Below are positions 13,269 through 27,480 of a DNA stretch of 64,000 nucleotides, piece after piece. The position numbers and the translations under genes were made by a program. The stretch comes from Takakia lepidozioides (lineage: Eukaryota > Plantae > Bryophyta). Position 1 is the first letter of the stretch. Each line of letters opens with the position of its first letter. Below the pieces are notes generated by a model. It made no database searches, was not told where the DNA came from, and was given only the letters and a program-made list of their open reading frames with translations. The stretch covers positions 63,922,001 to 63,986,000 of the forward strand of contig CM060731.1 in assembly GCA_030704615.1 (NCBI GenBank). The letters are read 5' to 3'.

Positions 13269-16200
13269 CTACATAGTACTGTATTTTACATAGAGGTAAC
13301 AAGAGAGCAAGAGGGTAACTAGTACAGGGGCTGCTGCTTCCAACCTACAAGACCGTACCTTTGTCTCCACTGGGAACAATAAGCTTGCCATGCTTGCAAC
13401 AAGAGGGACGGAAGCAAACAGAGCCACAGCCAGCACCTGTAGCAGTGACAATATTAGGACCATTACACCTCACAGCAAGTACCGATACTATTAGTATACT
13501 ATATGCTCTAGGATCTGGTGTCACTGGTCACCATTAGCTTGATGGTTTTCATAAGAGTCAAGCCCTCTCTGTATTAAGCCACTGGATGCATACAAGAGGA
13601 ACGTCTTTGAAATCAGATAGGCACATATCTGAATTCTAAAATACACAAGAAAGAAAGCCAACCACCGAGAAGCTGATGGCTTTGTTGCTCTTTTCATAGT
13701 AAGTCACTGGCACTTCTTAGATGCTTACAAACAGACCATCATCACAATAATCACCTGAATTCTACACCATGGCCCATCTTGTTGGCATAGTAACACCATC
13801 AAAAATTCTAAGCATATAGTCAAGTAAGAAAAGCCTGACGAAAACTTCACATGGATATGTAGGAACATACCCTGTGACCACTTTCCACCAAGCCGACGGC
13901 GACGAAGGGGCATAAGAATCCTCCCACTCTACCACTAGAGTTTGCAAAACCAAGCCCAGTTGAACGAACTTCTGTAGGGTATACTTCAGGTGCATAGGCC
14001 CACAAAATTGAGAAAGCACCCATGATACAACTCCGTGACCCAAACATGAGAACTGTTGTCATTGTCTGCGATAGGGGTGTCCAAAGAGGAAGCACAAATG
14101 CCCCACATGCAAACAATAAAACCCCCAGACTGAACTTGCGACCAAACTTTTCCACAATAAAACAAGCGACTAGTAATCCCGGAAGCTCAGCAATGCAGGT
14201 AATGAGCACTTCTTTGTAGCTTGAACTCAATATGTTGGGCTTCCCGTTGGGCAAACAATACGGCTCCTCATGAACCACTACGTTGGATTTGACTGGTAAT
14301 TGGGTAGTTAGTAGAACCAGTCCATAATAAGTGAAAGCATTTGCAAAAAAGATCGCCCACAACAGCATTGTTGTAAATTTCAACTCTGGAGAGAATAGAA
14401 GTAGGAATGTGGCCCCAGCCCCCTCCTTTTCTGATGGCTGAGTGTCTCTGAGGTCTTGGCAACTAGTGCTACTGCCGTCCAAACCCTTTTCTGCTGCTGT
14501 TTGTCGTTCTGCAATATCAGAAGATTTTATCATTGCTAAAGATACTGCATTGTATATGTAGAAGGATTACAAGAACATCACAAGTGTCACTTCCCCAAAG
14601 CATGAATGCAGAGCTTCAACTGCAACAAACCATAATCCCCAAACAGACGTGTTGCTCTTCCCAGTTCTGAGTCTACCTTGCAAGCTTCAGCCACTCAAAC
14701 ACACACCAAAAAAGATTAAGTGCAAAAAACCCCTAATTCTCTCTATTGCCTTGGACAGGAGAACACATCAAAGAGAGATTTCCCGGGATAGTCAGAAGGG
14801 CATCTGTTTGGACCCACACGTACTCGGGTGGATTCCTTACCATTATCACTTAAAACAGGATGAGACGGCTTGGACAATGTAAGAGAGCCACTTGGTAAAG
14901 GAGCTCCATTCACTTTTGCCACACGTTGCAAAACTTTCCAAGCACCTTCTTTGTCACCTTTCACCTGCTCGCCACCCCATTTCAGATGCTATGCTGTGCT
15001 TGTGCTATGCTTGTGCTAGCCGGTAATCAAAATGCAGAAAAAAGTAACATTGGTACAACCAACTTAGACTAAACAAGTTCTCTTCTTCCAGCAAACCAGG
15101 AGAGAAGTGCATGACACATTGCATGCTATGGTACAAAAGACAATTCTGCATATCAGTACCAACTTGAGTCTACAAAACATCAGAGAGATCCAAGGTCATG
15201 AGGTGAGGAAGAGTCAGCAGGCTTGCCATTAAGTAACGAGGAGACTCAGGTAATGCTGGGTAGAAGATGAGCAACAACAGAAATGGTAGGGCAGACAATC
15301 CCACCAGCAACCTGCGAGAATCCCAAACTTCTCAAATAACATCACCTATCTCTTGTTTTCTCTTCTCTTTTTGTCACAGCCGACCTAAGACCCACATGTA
15401 AGAACAAAGGTGACGTCCTTTAGCTAACTACCCTTTCAGTTGGAAATTCCTCGGCTATGTTGGAGGTTACAGTATTGCCACAAGGCCAGTCACCTACTGA
15501 CACTGTATGTGGAGGGGCCAACAGACCTGGGAAGACCCTGCCTGTCTGGAGCAGGATGTCTAAGCAACTGGGAATAAGAACTCCCAGTGAAAATCTCAGC
15601 ACCCTTGAGGGGGAACCCCTACTCTAGAAGTGCATGTGCCATGGCCTGGGAGGTAAGGGTTTCTGTGGTCACGCAAGGGTGTTCTAACAAGCAAACATCC
15701 TCAAGTCACGCTTCTGTCTTCATCTTTCTTCTTCATTTGTACTACTTTCTACCAAAGCACAAATCGTGCTTCCCTGATGACAAGAACAGTGATATAACAA
15801 AGGAAAAAAACAAATTTCAGGAGGACTACTATTTGAGAGGTAGAAGTAGGAACAGTGTGCAAAAGGTGAGGGAAACTGTAACAAACCTCCAGTTAAGGTT
15901 GGGCATTATGACCCATGCCAATAGTGCCTCTGCCATGGACCCTGCCTGCTTACCATAACCATTAAATCAGATGATCCACACCAGCCTAACAAAACCAAAT
16001 AACATTATCATTTGGGAGGAGGTCACCCTACTTGCTTTCAAACAATAAATCTGCACATACTACTTGCCACCCAGGCATAGAAGTGAACCTTTTCTTACTG
16101 CGGAACACAATGGGTCATCCACAACACTACTTCAGCTAAGAACAGGTGGACAAACAGTGGCGAGTAAAGTTCAACTTTGCGAAGAAAAGAATGCAAATGA

Positions 16201-18776
16201 CACACAAATTTAACTGGAAGCACACAAGAGATCTTACCGTCCAGAAAAACTCGATAAATACAAGCCAGAAGCCTCTATTAGAAGCTGGCAGAAACTCCAT
16301 ACACAGTGAGAACACAACCTGCATCATCAAACCAACGTAGACTTACAAACTAAAAACTGAACCACATCCTGCTAAGCACACAGCCTTGGCCCCCTCTTCT
16401 CTTTTCCCAAACGTGTGGTAAACTAGTAATGGAAGTGTCAAGACACATCTCAAACACTGAACGGCTGATGTGGTTCTTGCATGGTTCTAAGGGATAATAT
16501 GACCGAGAGCAGCTGGCTGTCACCTGCTGTCTACCAGTAACATGTATATCCAGTTAGTGTAGATGAACTAATGCATCCCAATGCAAGCACCGACATAACT
16601 TCAAACAGTGTGCTGAAAGGGGCCTTACAGATGCACCACCAAGTCCAAAACCAACAAATGCTCGAGACAGCAGAAGCCACCAGAATGCTGGAGACCAAGC
16701 ACTGCAAAAGCAGTTAATGAATGCGTTAGCAGTTTCTGACTTTGAATCGTGAAACATTGAATCCAGATAGAAGGAATTGATTAGAGAGAAGAACGCTGAG
16801 AATCAGCAAAAGATAAGTGGAATCCACCTATGCAGACAACTAATTTTTGCAAAACTGAGCTGAATAGCAGTGTGCAAAATAGGGCTCCACCCTGAAAGTA
16901 GCTGAGCTGCAAGGAAGCTCAGAGTAGATTATCAAGGATTCAACTCAAGCTTTCAGCAACATTTTCTCTGTTACCAACGTGCCTAAATCTCCTTTGTCTC
17001 AATCTGATTTCAACAACACTGGCAGAAGTGATTCCATGATAGTTACAGGGTTCTTTTCAACTACCTTAATGGACATTGGGACGAACCAAGTAACAGATTT
17101 TCAGCGATATCCTCCCCAATGAGGAAGGAAATCACATCACTCTTCCAAAGAAGAGTGAAGAAGAACAGGGACACAAACTTAGTAGCACGGAAATGTCATG
17201 ACGGTTCACTTAGTATCGAAGGTCGGGAGACATAAGGAAGAAATATACCTTAAGATACCAAAGAAGAATGTGAAGAGAGCTGTTGTGAGAAATCCAAGTC
17301 GACGCCCTTTTACATCAGACACAAGACCCCAACAATAAGCACCTCTGCATCACAGCCCCACGTCTATGAATACCTGGTTGCTGTGCATTCAAGCCAAACT
17401 TTACACTGTTTGTTTCTTATTATTGATAACATGCCCCCCAGCCTAAAGCTTTTTCATGGTAGAGGATGAAGGGCAAGCAACCAGAGGTCTAGTTCACCCA
17501 TGCAAGAGCTGTAGATCGTTTTGTTAATCCATTCATTGTCATCTATAATCAAGATATTCTGAGTAAAGCAAATGAAGTTGAAGTGAGAAGAACCATGAAG
17601 GTTGTCAGATGAGAACCTGCAGCTGGGCAGCTCAAGCCTGGTGATGTTAAAAAACATCTCATGATACTTAACAAGGTAGTAGATGTGCAAATATATCCAG
17701 ACAATCAATGCAGCCAGTCCAGGTTGCAATTTATATCTACTGAATATTTCCTTGTCTTAGAACCTGCTCATTCACACTAATACTTGAGGGGGGTCCAGGA
17801 TGTTGTGTGTGTGCATGTGGTTATGTCTGTTGGTTGGGGGGGGGAAGGGGGCACTGGGCGGATGGGGAAGAGAGAAGTCTGTAGACAAAACGGTGTTCAA
17901 TTCAATGGACAAACCATACAAGAAGTGCACTCCTCACAGCTAAATTCATATATAAAGAGGCTGGAGATGGATGAATGGGGGAGGAGGTACAGGATGACGC
18001 CAGCAAAAACAGCACTGGAGATGGCGCTTTCTCCAAATGAGGACAGCTGCCACTCGCACCTTGCCTGCCATACCATCCTTGCAACATCAGACACTCACTA
18101 AACTGTGCACTGCACACGTGTGCAATGAGTTCTGCAACATTTACATGGTATTTTAGGTGGAATCTGTCAAGTCACATGAAAATAGGAGCCTTGTAGACTC
18201 TGAACTCACATTTGAGAGGTAACCAAAGGTGAAACGAGATAGCCCCAACAAACTGCTAGAGGACTAATTTGAGAGAACTAAGTTATATTACTTCGTATGG
18301 ATCCTCAGGTGATTGACAACATATTTGTTACAACTTGCTCTCTTCACACATGCCCCAGGTCACTGAGAAACAAATGACCAAATAGGCGCACTGACTACCC
18401 TCTGCATTAAGGATCATGCATGAAATGACAGGCTTATACCGCAGGACCAATGAAAGAGAGAAGAATCATCTCAGCTGCGTCAGCTAGCCATGCCAGGCCT
18501 GTGTATGTCACCAACCCTAGCTGAAACCTTCCAAATCCTGTGCCATACCCATTTGACGCTTCAATCAGCAATCACATCTGTTCCCATCCCATTGCTTCAG
18601 AGCCCTCATTGAAGGGTTGGATCTACACATACAAAGAAACCAGAGAGTTACACTAATTCAGTGATGAAGCAGAGAAACCTACCAATTCTCTCAATCACTT
18701 CTTCAACTGTTATAGGTTCTCCATCGGCAGTTTCATTGCTGATAGAGGCAGGTTGTCTTGGTAGTTCCTGTTCCAT
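13269..18776 (-). CDS. OCT7: Organic cation/carnitine transporter 7-like (MFS, SV2-related), multi-exon; 3' end approximate
   Basis: Exons encode 'TVEEVIERI', '[26 protein letters not shown]', 'WQARCEW', '[14 protein letters not shown]', '[13 protein letters not shown]', 'PESPRYL' and '[16 protein letters not shown]'. Confidence 0.85.
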
Positions 18777-21118
18777 ACAATTTCCCCATCAGATCTCATC
18801 AATCTTCACTGCAAGCCTCCTTTGGAAGGAAAGTCATGAAAAATGTATTACAAGTCCACCGAGTTCACGGCTATCATAGCTTGAAATTGTCAGCTACTCA
18901 CCTAGCTTGGGTTGCTCACTGTGAGACAATCATATAATGCATCTGGGGCACTTGCTTGTTCCGGTTTCATCCCCCATTTGATAACCACTCATGTCCACTC
19001 CTCCAACAAGCTTGTAATATTATTTGTTTGTCATTTTTGATGGGGAGGGGGGGGGAAGAATCCCTCAGATAAAACACCATGGCAAGGCACCCATGGGAAG
19101 AGAGCCATTGTTTAGATATTTCAGATTGAGAGGTCAAATACCCACAACAGAGTTTCTCCTGCCCCACCCTATTCTGACAAATCTCGATTGCCTGAATACT
19201 GCTTGCCAAAACTTTCTCACACTAATTATCAAGACACGCTTGTCGATAATTCCTCGTTCTTGAAAACCAAAAGCGCTCGTTTAGTTCTGCCAAAGTAGGA
19301 GCTCAAATGCGTACAACACAGCTTCTCCTGCCCACTGCCCACTGTTGAGCAGATCTCAATTGTCTGAACACTGCTTTAATTATCACCAACATGCTTGTCG
19401 GTGAGATTCAATCTATTTGGGAAGCCGAAATCTACCGACAGCCGGCTGAAGCTCAGACGCTGATTCCTCAACCACAACCCGATAGCAGGACGATAGAAAA
19501 GATGCCAATAGACAGAGCATCCGGTGTGATGCAAGTTGAACACACGGCTACCAAGGCCGGTTGACGGCTCAACGCCAGCAGAAGAAATTCTCATGTGCCA
19601 GTAGCGAGTCAGGAAATTACCAGTAAATGCGAAGTCTCGAAGGCTTGCTGCTGCTCCTCCTGCTGTACGGCTGGCATGGGTGCCATAGCGCTAGAGTGGA
19701 TGACGGCGGCGGGGGCAATCAGACGCAGCTTCATGCTACATTGACGATGACATGCCCCACGAAAGGCAACGTAAAAAGGGGAATGGAGGGTATTGCTGCT
19801 TTCTCACACAACGCCGACGAGGACGAGCGCAGACGCCCAATAGCGCAGAAGGAGTCGGAGGTGGTCAAAGCGTCTAGTCTTGGATTGGAAAGGTTAGACA
19901 TTTATACCCACCTTCCAGTCTCATCACATTCAAAGATAGCAATCTGAGAAAGAAGGAGAGAGAGAGAGAAGGTGATTGTTGACACGAGAATTGGCTTCTA
20001 TCATCATCTTCCTGCTGCTACACACCAATCAACTTGTGTATTGAAAAACCTTGTAGCAGAGACGAGATACATTGCCGCATCTGAGTCAAGACCAAGAAAC
20101 TTCGGTGCTTTGCCAAGCCCTAAAGCTACATGGATACTCGGAGTGGTACCTAGGTTCTCAGCCTTATGGCTATTTGTAAGGTTATTTTTTCCTTACCTCT
20201 ATTAAATGCCATACCACTTCTAAGCTTAAAATTTAAAAAAATAATAAAAAATAACAAGCCAATGTTTTATTTTTATTTTTATTTTTATTTAATTTTTTGC
20301 CAATGTTAAGTTGCCATGTACGAATAAAGTAACAGTCAATTTGTTTTGCTTTGTTTTTTTTTTTTCCTTACAGAACAAGGGGATTGTAGCCCTGATAAGC
20401 TTTATTAAGAAGGTAAGGAAAAAATAACCTTACAAAAGGCCATAAGGCAGATGAATGAGGTACCACTCGTAGTTTTTTCTAAAGAACCGGGACAGAGGCT
20501 CTGGAATTTGATTGATAATGGTCCATGGCAAAGGTAGACAAGCAAGGAGAAAATAACTTGCGGGAAGCCCTGGAGACCAGCAGAGTTCCAAAAGAAGGTC
20601 CTATCAAGAGAGGTTGGGTAAGAGCACAAGCGAATATTAAGGATATTCCCTAGATGCCTTTCGAATATTCTCCAGCGAAACTGAAATTGAGAAACTAAAA
20701 ATTTTGCGAAAAGTTTTTTAACTGCTCACATAGGCCCTCACAGCATCACTTAAGAAACAAGTAACACCTATACACGATAAACATGTTACCCTATAGGCGT
20801 GGCGTTTCCTCACGTTATGCGAACCGGATACCCCAGAAAACCCCAGAAAAACAAAAATCGTGATTTTCAGTCCGGGTATAGGCAGTTTAAGCCTTAAAAA
20901 AGTTATTTTCGCACTGAGAAAATAAATCTGAAGATACTTATATGCACCGTGCCCATTATTCCTATGACCGCGGTTTGAAAACATTTAACCCCTATGACCG
21001 CGCGGGTTGTGCTCACGGATAAACCAACCCCCCTATCAGGGAAGCTATTAGAATGACTTTGGACCATTTTTAATAGCAACTATGTGCTTGACATGGGCTG
21101 GTTTAGTTAATAAAGTAA

Positions 21119-22174
21119 GGCCCCGGCCGCACCTGCCGGTTAGCTAACCAATGGCTAACCGGACAGTTAAGTGACTGGCCCGATAGTTAATTAAGGACCC
21201 GGCCGCACCTCCCATCTAGTTAACTGGGCACGTCCCGGTTAACAAACTATGCTGCTGCCCGGTTTTCTTTCCTGCCCGCGCGAACCACTTTCTCTCTCCC
21301 CGTGTTCAGCCTCCAGGGTCGTCCCTGAAATCGTGTTTCTTCACTGGTACTTCTCTACTTTGTCACCAGCATGGACACTTCTCACTGTGCCGTACAACTG
21401 CATTCCAAAATGGTGTTTTTTTTTTTTCCACATGAGTTACAAAGCTTCCCCGCTTAGGAAAAAGGTAGTTTTCTCTTGGATCAAAGGCTGATACATGTGT
21501 TGTATGCTTCAGTTTCAAGTCTGTGGCACAAGTATACCGTGAACATATGTAGGTCTTTAGCTGAGAGTGAGGGGTGGTTGGTGGTGTGGTACAGGCATAT
21601 AATGTGCAACAGCTTGAATCAAGTCGCATCAAGTTCAGTAAACTTGAGCAAGAAGTAGCTTAAGTTTAGGGGGTTGGCTCTCATGGCAGTGGGCCCAATC
21701 AGGTAAAGGACGTGCACACCAAGAGGAGGTTGTGCGGACTCTCACTAATACGCCGGGAACTGGAAATGTGCGATTCTCCTTTACTTTAATGAAGCTGTTG
21801 TGATAATCACAATGTGAATGCTCATGCTTGAAGCTAATTTTATGGTCGTGCGCCCCTGCCCTGCAAGAACCTCTCCACTCTCCCTCTGCACTCTATGCCA
21901 TCGCGAGCGCCTGCCCTGCAAGATCTCCCCGCCGTCATATGGCACCTGCAAAACCTCTCCGCCGCTGCCCAATTTTTAATTGTTGACCGAGATTTAACAC
22001 CTCCATGGAGGAGGTGTTAAATCTCGCCCTCTTCCCTTTTACAACGTTTAACAGCTGTTCATCGGCCGGTTATCTAACCGGCTTCTTAATCGGGCCTAGT
22101 GCGGCCGTCTCCCTACCGCTAACGTCAATCACCTAACTTGATTGACGTACTAATTGGCAGGTGCGGCCGAGGCC
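21119..22174. mobile_element. Non-autonomous PIF/Harbinger (Tourist-like) element
   Basis: 19-bp terminal inverted repeats GGCCCCGGCCGCACCTGCC / GGCAGGTGCGGCCGAGGCC with one mismatch, flanked by TAA on both sides. Confidence 0.85.
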
Positions 22175-22551
22175 TAATATAACTTTTACAAGTTTACTTT
22201 TAATGTAACTTTTAACAATTGTAACTTAGGTGATAACTAAAAATAATTAAAAAGATGATTAAAATATAAAAGATAAACCAGTAAATATTTATAAATATGG
22301 AACATATGAATATAGAGCATTGTTTTTAAGATCTATAAATAAAAATAAAAATCTATCTTTTCTTGTTGTTGTCATGTTTCTGAGGTTGTAGGTGGAGAGG
22401 GGATGAGAAAACTGTGGACTGTCAAACAACAACCATGTGAAGAGAGACAAGCGGCTGATCTATCTACGTTTGCTGTTGCAAGGCGTGGGAACCCTCAACA
22501 TTGATGAGCGTTCTCGTTTCCATAGCGTAGGTTTCTTCATCCCGTCCTTCC

Positions 22552-24383
22552 ATGGCTCAATTTCACAGCGAAAAAGACCTTCACACTTACTTGGAACACT
22601 TACAAACCGGCTATGGCTCTTCCTATGCATCCTCACTGTGGTCCTCTGGAATCCGGAGCAACCGACAGCTCGCCAATGCTAGCAAAGGCGACCTGATAGA
22701 GGGTGGCGTGACCAACAGGGCCAGCGACATCATAGCCAGCGCAGCTCGTAGAAGCACAGTTGATTTTTATCTATTTTTGCATCTTTTGGAGCGAGGAAGT
22801 TCGTTATGATATTATACTACCTTTGAGGCCATTGGAAATTGACAGATGCCTGAACTAGATATTGTGTGCACGAAGGGGGCCATCGATGTCCATCAAATTA
22901 TGCTCTAGAGTATGTTGGCTAATCACCCGTGGAAAAAGTAAAAGACATATACAAGAAGGATCAAGAGTGAGGGGACTCCAGGCACCTCAAATCCAGATCC
23001 CCCTCCTGCTCGAGCCTTCCTTCTCCTACACTTCCTTTCAATGGAACATAAGAAACAAGTCCCGCTGAGTATGGTGCTACCAGGTGTGGACACACTAGTG
23101 GTGACTTGTGGCCAAGCTAGGAGACAGCCACTTTCCAATGTACCAAAAGAGGTAGATGAGCAAAACCTGAGATTCCTGTCCCATCTAATAAGAGGGCTTG
23201 GCAGGAGGAAGCTTCCAGCCTTTAGTGTGATACCTATCTAGCGTTTAGTGTGGAAAACCAAGTTGTTTTGATGTTGTGACTTAGCAGTGCTTCTATGACA
23301 CTCGTTTCCCGCATGTCCTTCGGGCAAGAGCCTTCGATGGGATGGATGGGATGGGGGAACGGGCTTCACCTTGTGTTTCACCTCTTTCCCTTGTCGCCTT
23401 CTACAATTGGTAGTTGACATCAATTTCGAATCTTCTGTCACAATCCATTCTAGATATTGTTGCTTTTAAGCTCCAACATTCACCTTGCCACTATATTAGT
23501 GGGAAGAAATGGACTGATTTGACTCTCTGACCAACTTTGGCATCACGCTCTTGTGTGTAATTTTGTAGAATTTTTTTTCTAGGCACTAACATGGTAGGTA
23601 TGTTGTTTCCTTGAAAGATGGGCAGCAGCTCGGGGATACAAGTCCCCTCACACGTTTCGTACAGAGTTTGGTGGGCAAGGTTCGAAAAGGAATTGAGAAA
23701 GCAGTACCAAATTCTGTAATCACATTGCCAAAGGGTGTATATTGGTTGGGAGACCCCAATAGTTTCTCAAACCAATTATTTGTAAGACCATGTTATCTAA
23801 AGCTTTTGGAGGCAAAGGAGGAATATTTTAGGGTCAACGAACGGTTTAATTCAGTTGTTTATACTGGGACTCCAGGGATTGGCAAGTCCCATCTGTGCGC
23901 GTTTTTTATCAGCAAGGAACTCATTGCAGGCAAGGTCATTTTCTTGGAGGTTTTGCCAGACCCAGATGATAAACGACAATTTTACAGGTTAGAGCTTAGG
24001 GAGGGTCGCGCTTATGTGCAGGAGCTTGCATCTTTCACACGCATCGACTTGCCTTACGGGGATGAAAATGCCCTGTACTTTACCGATGGTGGGTCACCAA
24101 GTGAGTATTTTACAAAACATGGCTTACAAAGATACACATTTGCAAGCCCCTCAAAGCCCCTTTTAGGGACCTGAAGAAGATGAGGGGAACTTTGTATTTG
24201 TATATGCCACTGTTTGATGTGGAAGAGATGGAGGCTTGTAGGGCTTCACTCGAAGCTTTCAATGGAGTTACCAAGACTGAAATAGGGGATTGGTTTTCCG
24301 CCGCCGGAGGAGTGCAGAGGGTAAGATTTGCACTAAAAACATTCTTCTTTTTAACAATCCAGTTCTTACCTCTCAATGAATAG
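22552..24383 (+). pseudogene. Crinkler/RHS-like P-loop NTPase gene remnant with a putative SAM-like N-terminal exon
   Basis: Exon 23611-24320 has 'LFVRPCY', the Walker A motif 'VYTGTPGIGKS' and 'LYMPLFDVEEMEAC..IGDWFSAAGGVQR' across a frameshift at ~24170. An upstream small helical ORF reads 'YASSLWSSGIRSNRQLANASKGDL'. Confidence 0.6.
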
Positions 24384-24689
24384 CTCAGGTGAGTTAGCAT
24401 GGCTAGTTATAATGCTTTGATATAGCGAAGGTAATTTAGAAGAACAAAGTTCAGTGTGGCATGTAAAGTTGGCTGGCATTGGTTAAAGATGTAATGCAGT
24501 TGTTTACTAACTTCGGGATTTTTGTTATGGAAAATCACCCGGTGGCTATGCAGTTGCTGTCAGACAACACTCTTGATGCCAAACTTGGCTGAGGTACCTG
24601 TGACAATTGGAGAGTCCTCACGAAAAAAGAAAAAAAAGAAAACTCGTCAAACCACCTGAACTTCTTCTGACAGGGGTCGTCTCTTCTCC

Positions 24690-24985
24690 TTGCAAGGCCT
24701 CTGGAGGAGTCTTCCCTGATTATGGTGGGAATTGGGGCAGTGGTGATGAGAGGGAGGTTTTGCTGCGGATGGGGATAGGGAGGGTGGGGGTTTCGGCCAT
24801 GACAGAGATAGAGATGATGGCCTGTCTGGGGCACATAGTGATGACCAATGGGGAGCTTCCAAGAAGTTTGTGCCTTCTCAGAAGGGTGGAGGTGAATGTG
24901 GGGCTTGCGAGAATGACTGGTGGGGTGGAAATAAAAGTGACTGTGATCTTCCCTCGCGTGCTGATGAGATTGATAACTGGGCATC
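24690..24985 (+). pseudogene. Plant eIF4B gene fragment (copy 1)
   Basis: Matches 27330-27480 in inverted orientation and encodes pieces resembling DQWGASKKFVPS and SRADEIDNW. Confidence 0.55.
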
Positions 24986-25029
24986 CGTGATTTCCATAAT
25001 GTAATTACAGGGCTGAGAGCTTAAAAGTC

Positions 25030-25830
25030 GTTGCCTCTTTTCCTTAGAATGAACACTCTTGCATTCCTACACATGGTATGCAGTCCATACCTGCAAGTAC
25101 ATTACACCTATGCTAGAGACAAGTTCATTATGTGTTTTCTGGCACTGACTGGATGTTTTTTAATGAAGGGGTTGGCATGTGCTCTGGAATTGGTGCCTTC
25201 TAGTTTGCTGTCCAGCATGAAAACTATTTAGTCATATTTCTAAATGTTCTGCAAAGGCTCTGAAAAGCAAAGACACTGGTGTGGTGGGGTGCAGGTGACG
25301 TTGGAAGCTGAGGTCACAAACAAAGGAGCCCGGGCATTGTATGGCAATCTTGGCTTCATACGTGCCATACGCCTGCATAGATACTACTTAAATGGTGTCA
25401 GTGCATATCGTCTAAAATTGTTATTTCCAAGACCTCATGATCCGAATTCCCTTTTTGTAGTTGATGGAGATGGCTACGATATACAGGATTGAATTAAACC
25501 GGTTACAGACTTACCCAATCACAAGTTCAGTATCATTTATTTTATGGCCAAGAGACAGTTCCCTATTTCCATAAGACCAGGGTCTCATGCTCAACTAAAA
25601 TTGCCAACCAAGCCTTTCAGGCGTTGCTCCCTTGCAAACACTGGTTTGAACTGGTGGAGGCGATCCCCATGATCCATGCAATGTGTCATACTTGAGCATT
25701 TGGGATTCTCAACGCGTCAGCAGTGTGATCATTAGACCTGACCTGTCTGTTGGTTTTTGCTGCTTGATATTCGGTTGCAGCGATTTCCATGATGTAATTA
25801 CAGGGCTGAGAGCTTAAAGTCGCCGCTGAT
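25030..25830 (+). pseudogene. Inverted duplicate of the NAA30 last intron, exon and 3' region
   Basis: Reverse complement of ~27490-28275. The exon peptide differs at LALY>RALY, AKRL>AIRL and GVDAY>GVSAY. Confidence 0.9.
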
Positions 25831-27239
25831 TTGATCACCCATTCTCCATTATTTTGCCTAATGATAGCATACAGCTTAATTTCTCTTTTTAGCTGGACCC
25901 ATTTGGAGGTTCTGAACCAGGAACACTGGTGTTGTGGGCATGTGATGGTGCATCCTAATTTGTGGTGAAAGGTAGCTTCGGTTGATGCCTGTCTTATCCT
26001 GACTGTACTCTCCAGAATACTTGCTTTTGACACTTTCCTTCTGTCAACTTCATTTTTCAAGTCAGATTGTCTGCTCCTTAGAAAGGCGAACGGCTTTTGC
26101 ATCTTGTCATGTACAGTCATTCTTCTCACGGATCCTGTTTGCAACCTTTTTGCTGTCCCATATGGACATTGATATAAGGGCATTGTCAGATTGATGGTTT
26201 ATGCATTTAAAAGCTTTGCAGATAGTTCAATGTGCTAGTTAAGGGTTTACTGGGACATTTCTTTTCATATCATGTGCAATACAGCTGTGGAAAGTCCTCT
26301 AGGTTGGGTCTCAGGCATGCCTTTCTCTGATTTTTGTAGGTGGCACTGGGAGCACCCTGGGGCTTAATCCAGTGCATCTTTACTGATCTGTCCAAGTACT
26401 TCGTCAGTCCAACAACCTTAGGGGCGCTCGATCACCTGTGTAAGGTTTAAAGTGAGCGTGTAAGGTTATAATTCTTGTGCTCACTTTACCCATGAGCTCA
26501 GGTTGTGCTTCATCATGACATCCGCATGATCTTTGGAAGCAGTGGTTTGCTTAAGTTGGTGAAGTGGACAGCATCTGCTGGGCCTTAGCCCTTGGTTGTG
26601 AGGGTTGTTTGCCGTTCCACTTGAAGGAGGGGAAAGTGCTTTGTCATCAGTTGGATAATCTTCAATGGTGGGCTCCAAGCCAAACTACAATGCCACATTA
26701 GGATGAGCGCCGTCTCCCTTAGTGCTGCAAGACTTGAGGGAAGCCTGCAATATTGGAAAAGCTTTGCCCACCTGTCTATGCATTTGCCCTTCTATTGGTG
26801 ACTGTACAAGAGTTAACAAGCACTTTTAAGTGGGTCTCACACCATTCATCACAAAGAAACACGACCAACAAGTGTGCACAATATGTGGAGTACTATACAA
26901 ATCCTAGGCCCTCCGGATTGATAGATATTCAGGATGCCAGCTAATGCCAAGTTCTTGTTTCTCAGCAAGACAGAAGGCCTCGTGGCAATGGACGCCGGCT
27001 GAATCCAGAGACGCCGGCGGGCTTGCAAGGGAGGGGTACCCCCTTCTTGTTAAGAAAGGTGACCGTGAGAACAATATGTAGGACCTCTCTGAGTGAAGAC
27101 CACCACTTCAGCTAGCAAAATGATCTACATTTTGGCTTGCTCTCAGTTGAGAGTTTTGTGAGAGGACAGTTGTAAATGTTAGTGTCATGGACAAACTACC
27201 GCAGCCTCATGCTTAACTCTGATTTTGACATCTCCAGGT

Positions 27240-27480
27240 CATGTTCCTGCTTCATTGGGGTGGGCCCTCAGGCTTTGTTGGGGTCAGCACCCGCAGGAGC
27301 AGATGGCAAAAACTTTTTGATGGATCCCCAGTTATCAATCTCATCAGCACGTGAGGGAAGTCTTCTGCTGTCCTGGAACCCATCGGTCATCATCACAAGC
27401 CCCACATTCACCTCCACCCCCTGAGAAGGCACACACTTCTTGGAAGCTCCCCATTGCTCATCACTATGTGCCCCAGACAA
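27240..27480 (-). pseudogene. Plant eIF4B gene fragment (copy 2)
   Basis: 'SDEQWGASKKCVPS...PSRADEIDNWGSIKKFLPS' matches the SRADE-x-DNW repeat motif of plant eIF4B. Confidence 0.6.

Noticed and set aside
19627-19947. 106-aa ORF with a signal-peptide-like Leu run
   Set aside because: No recognisable domain, and it overlaps the probable OCT7 upstream region on the other strand.
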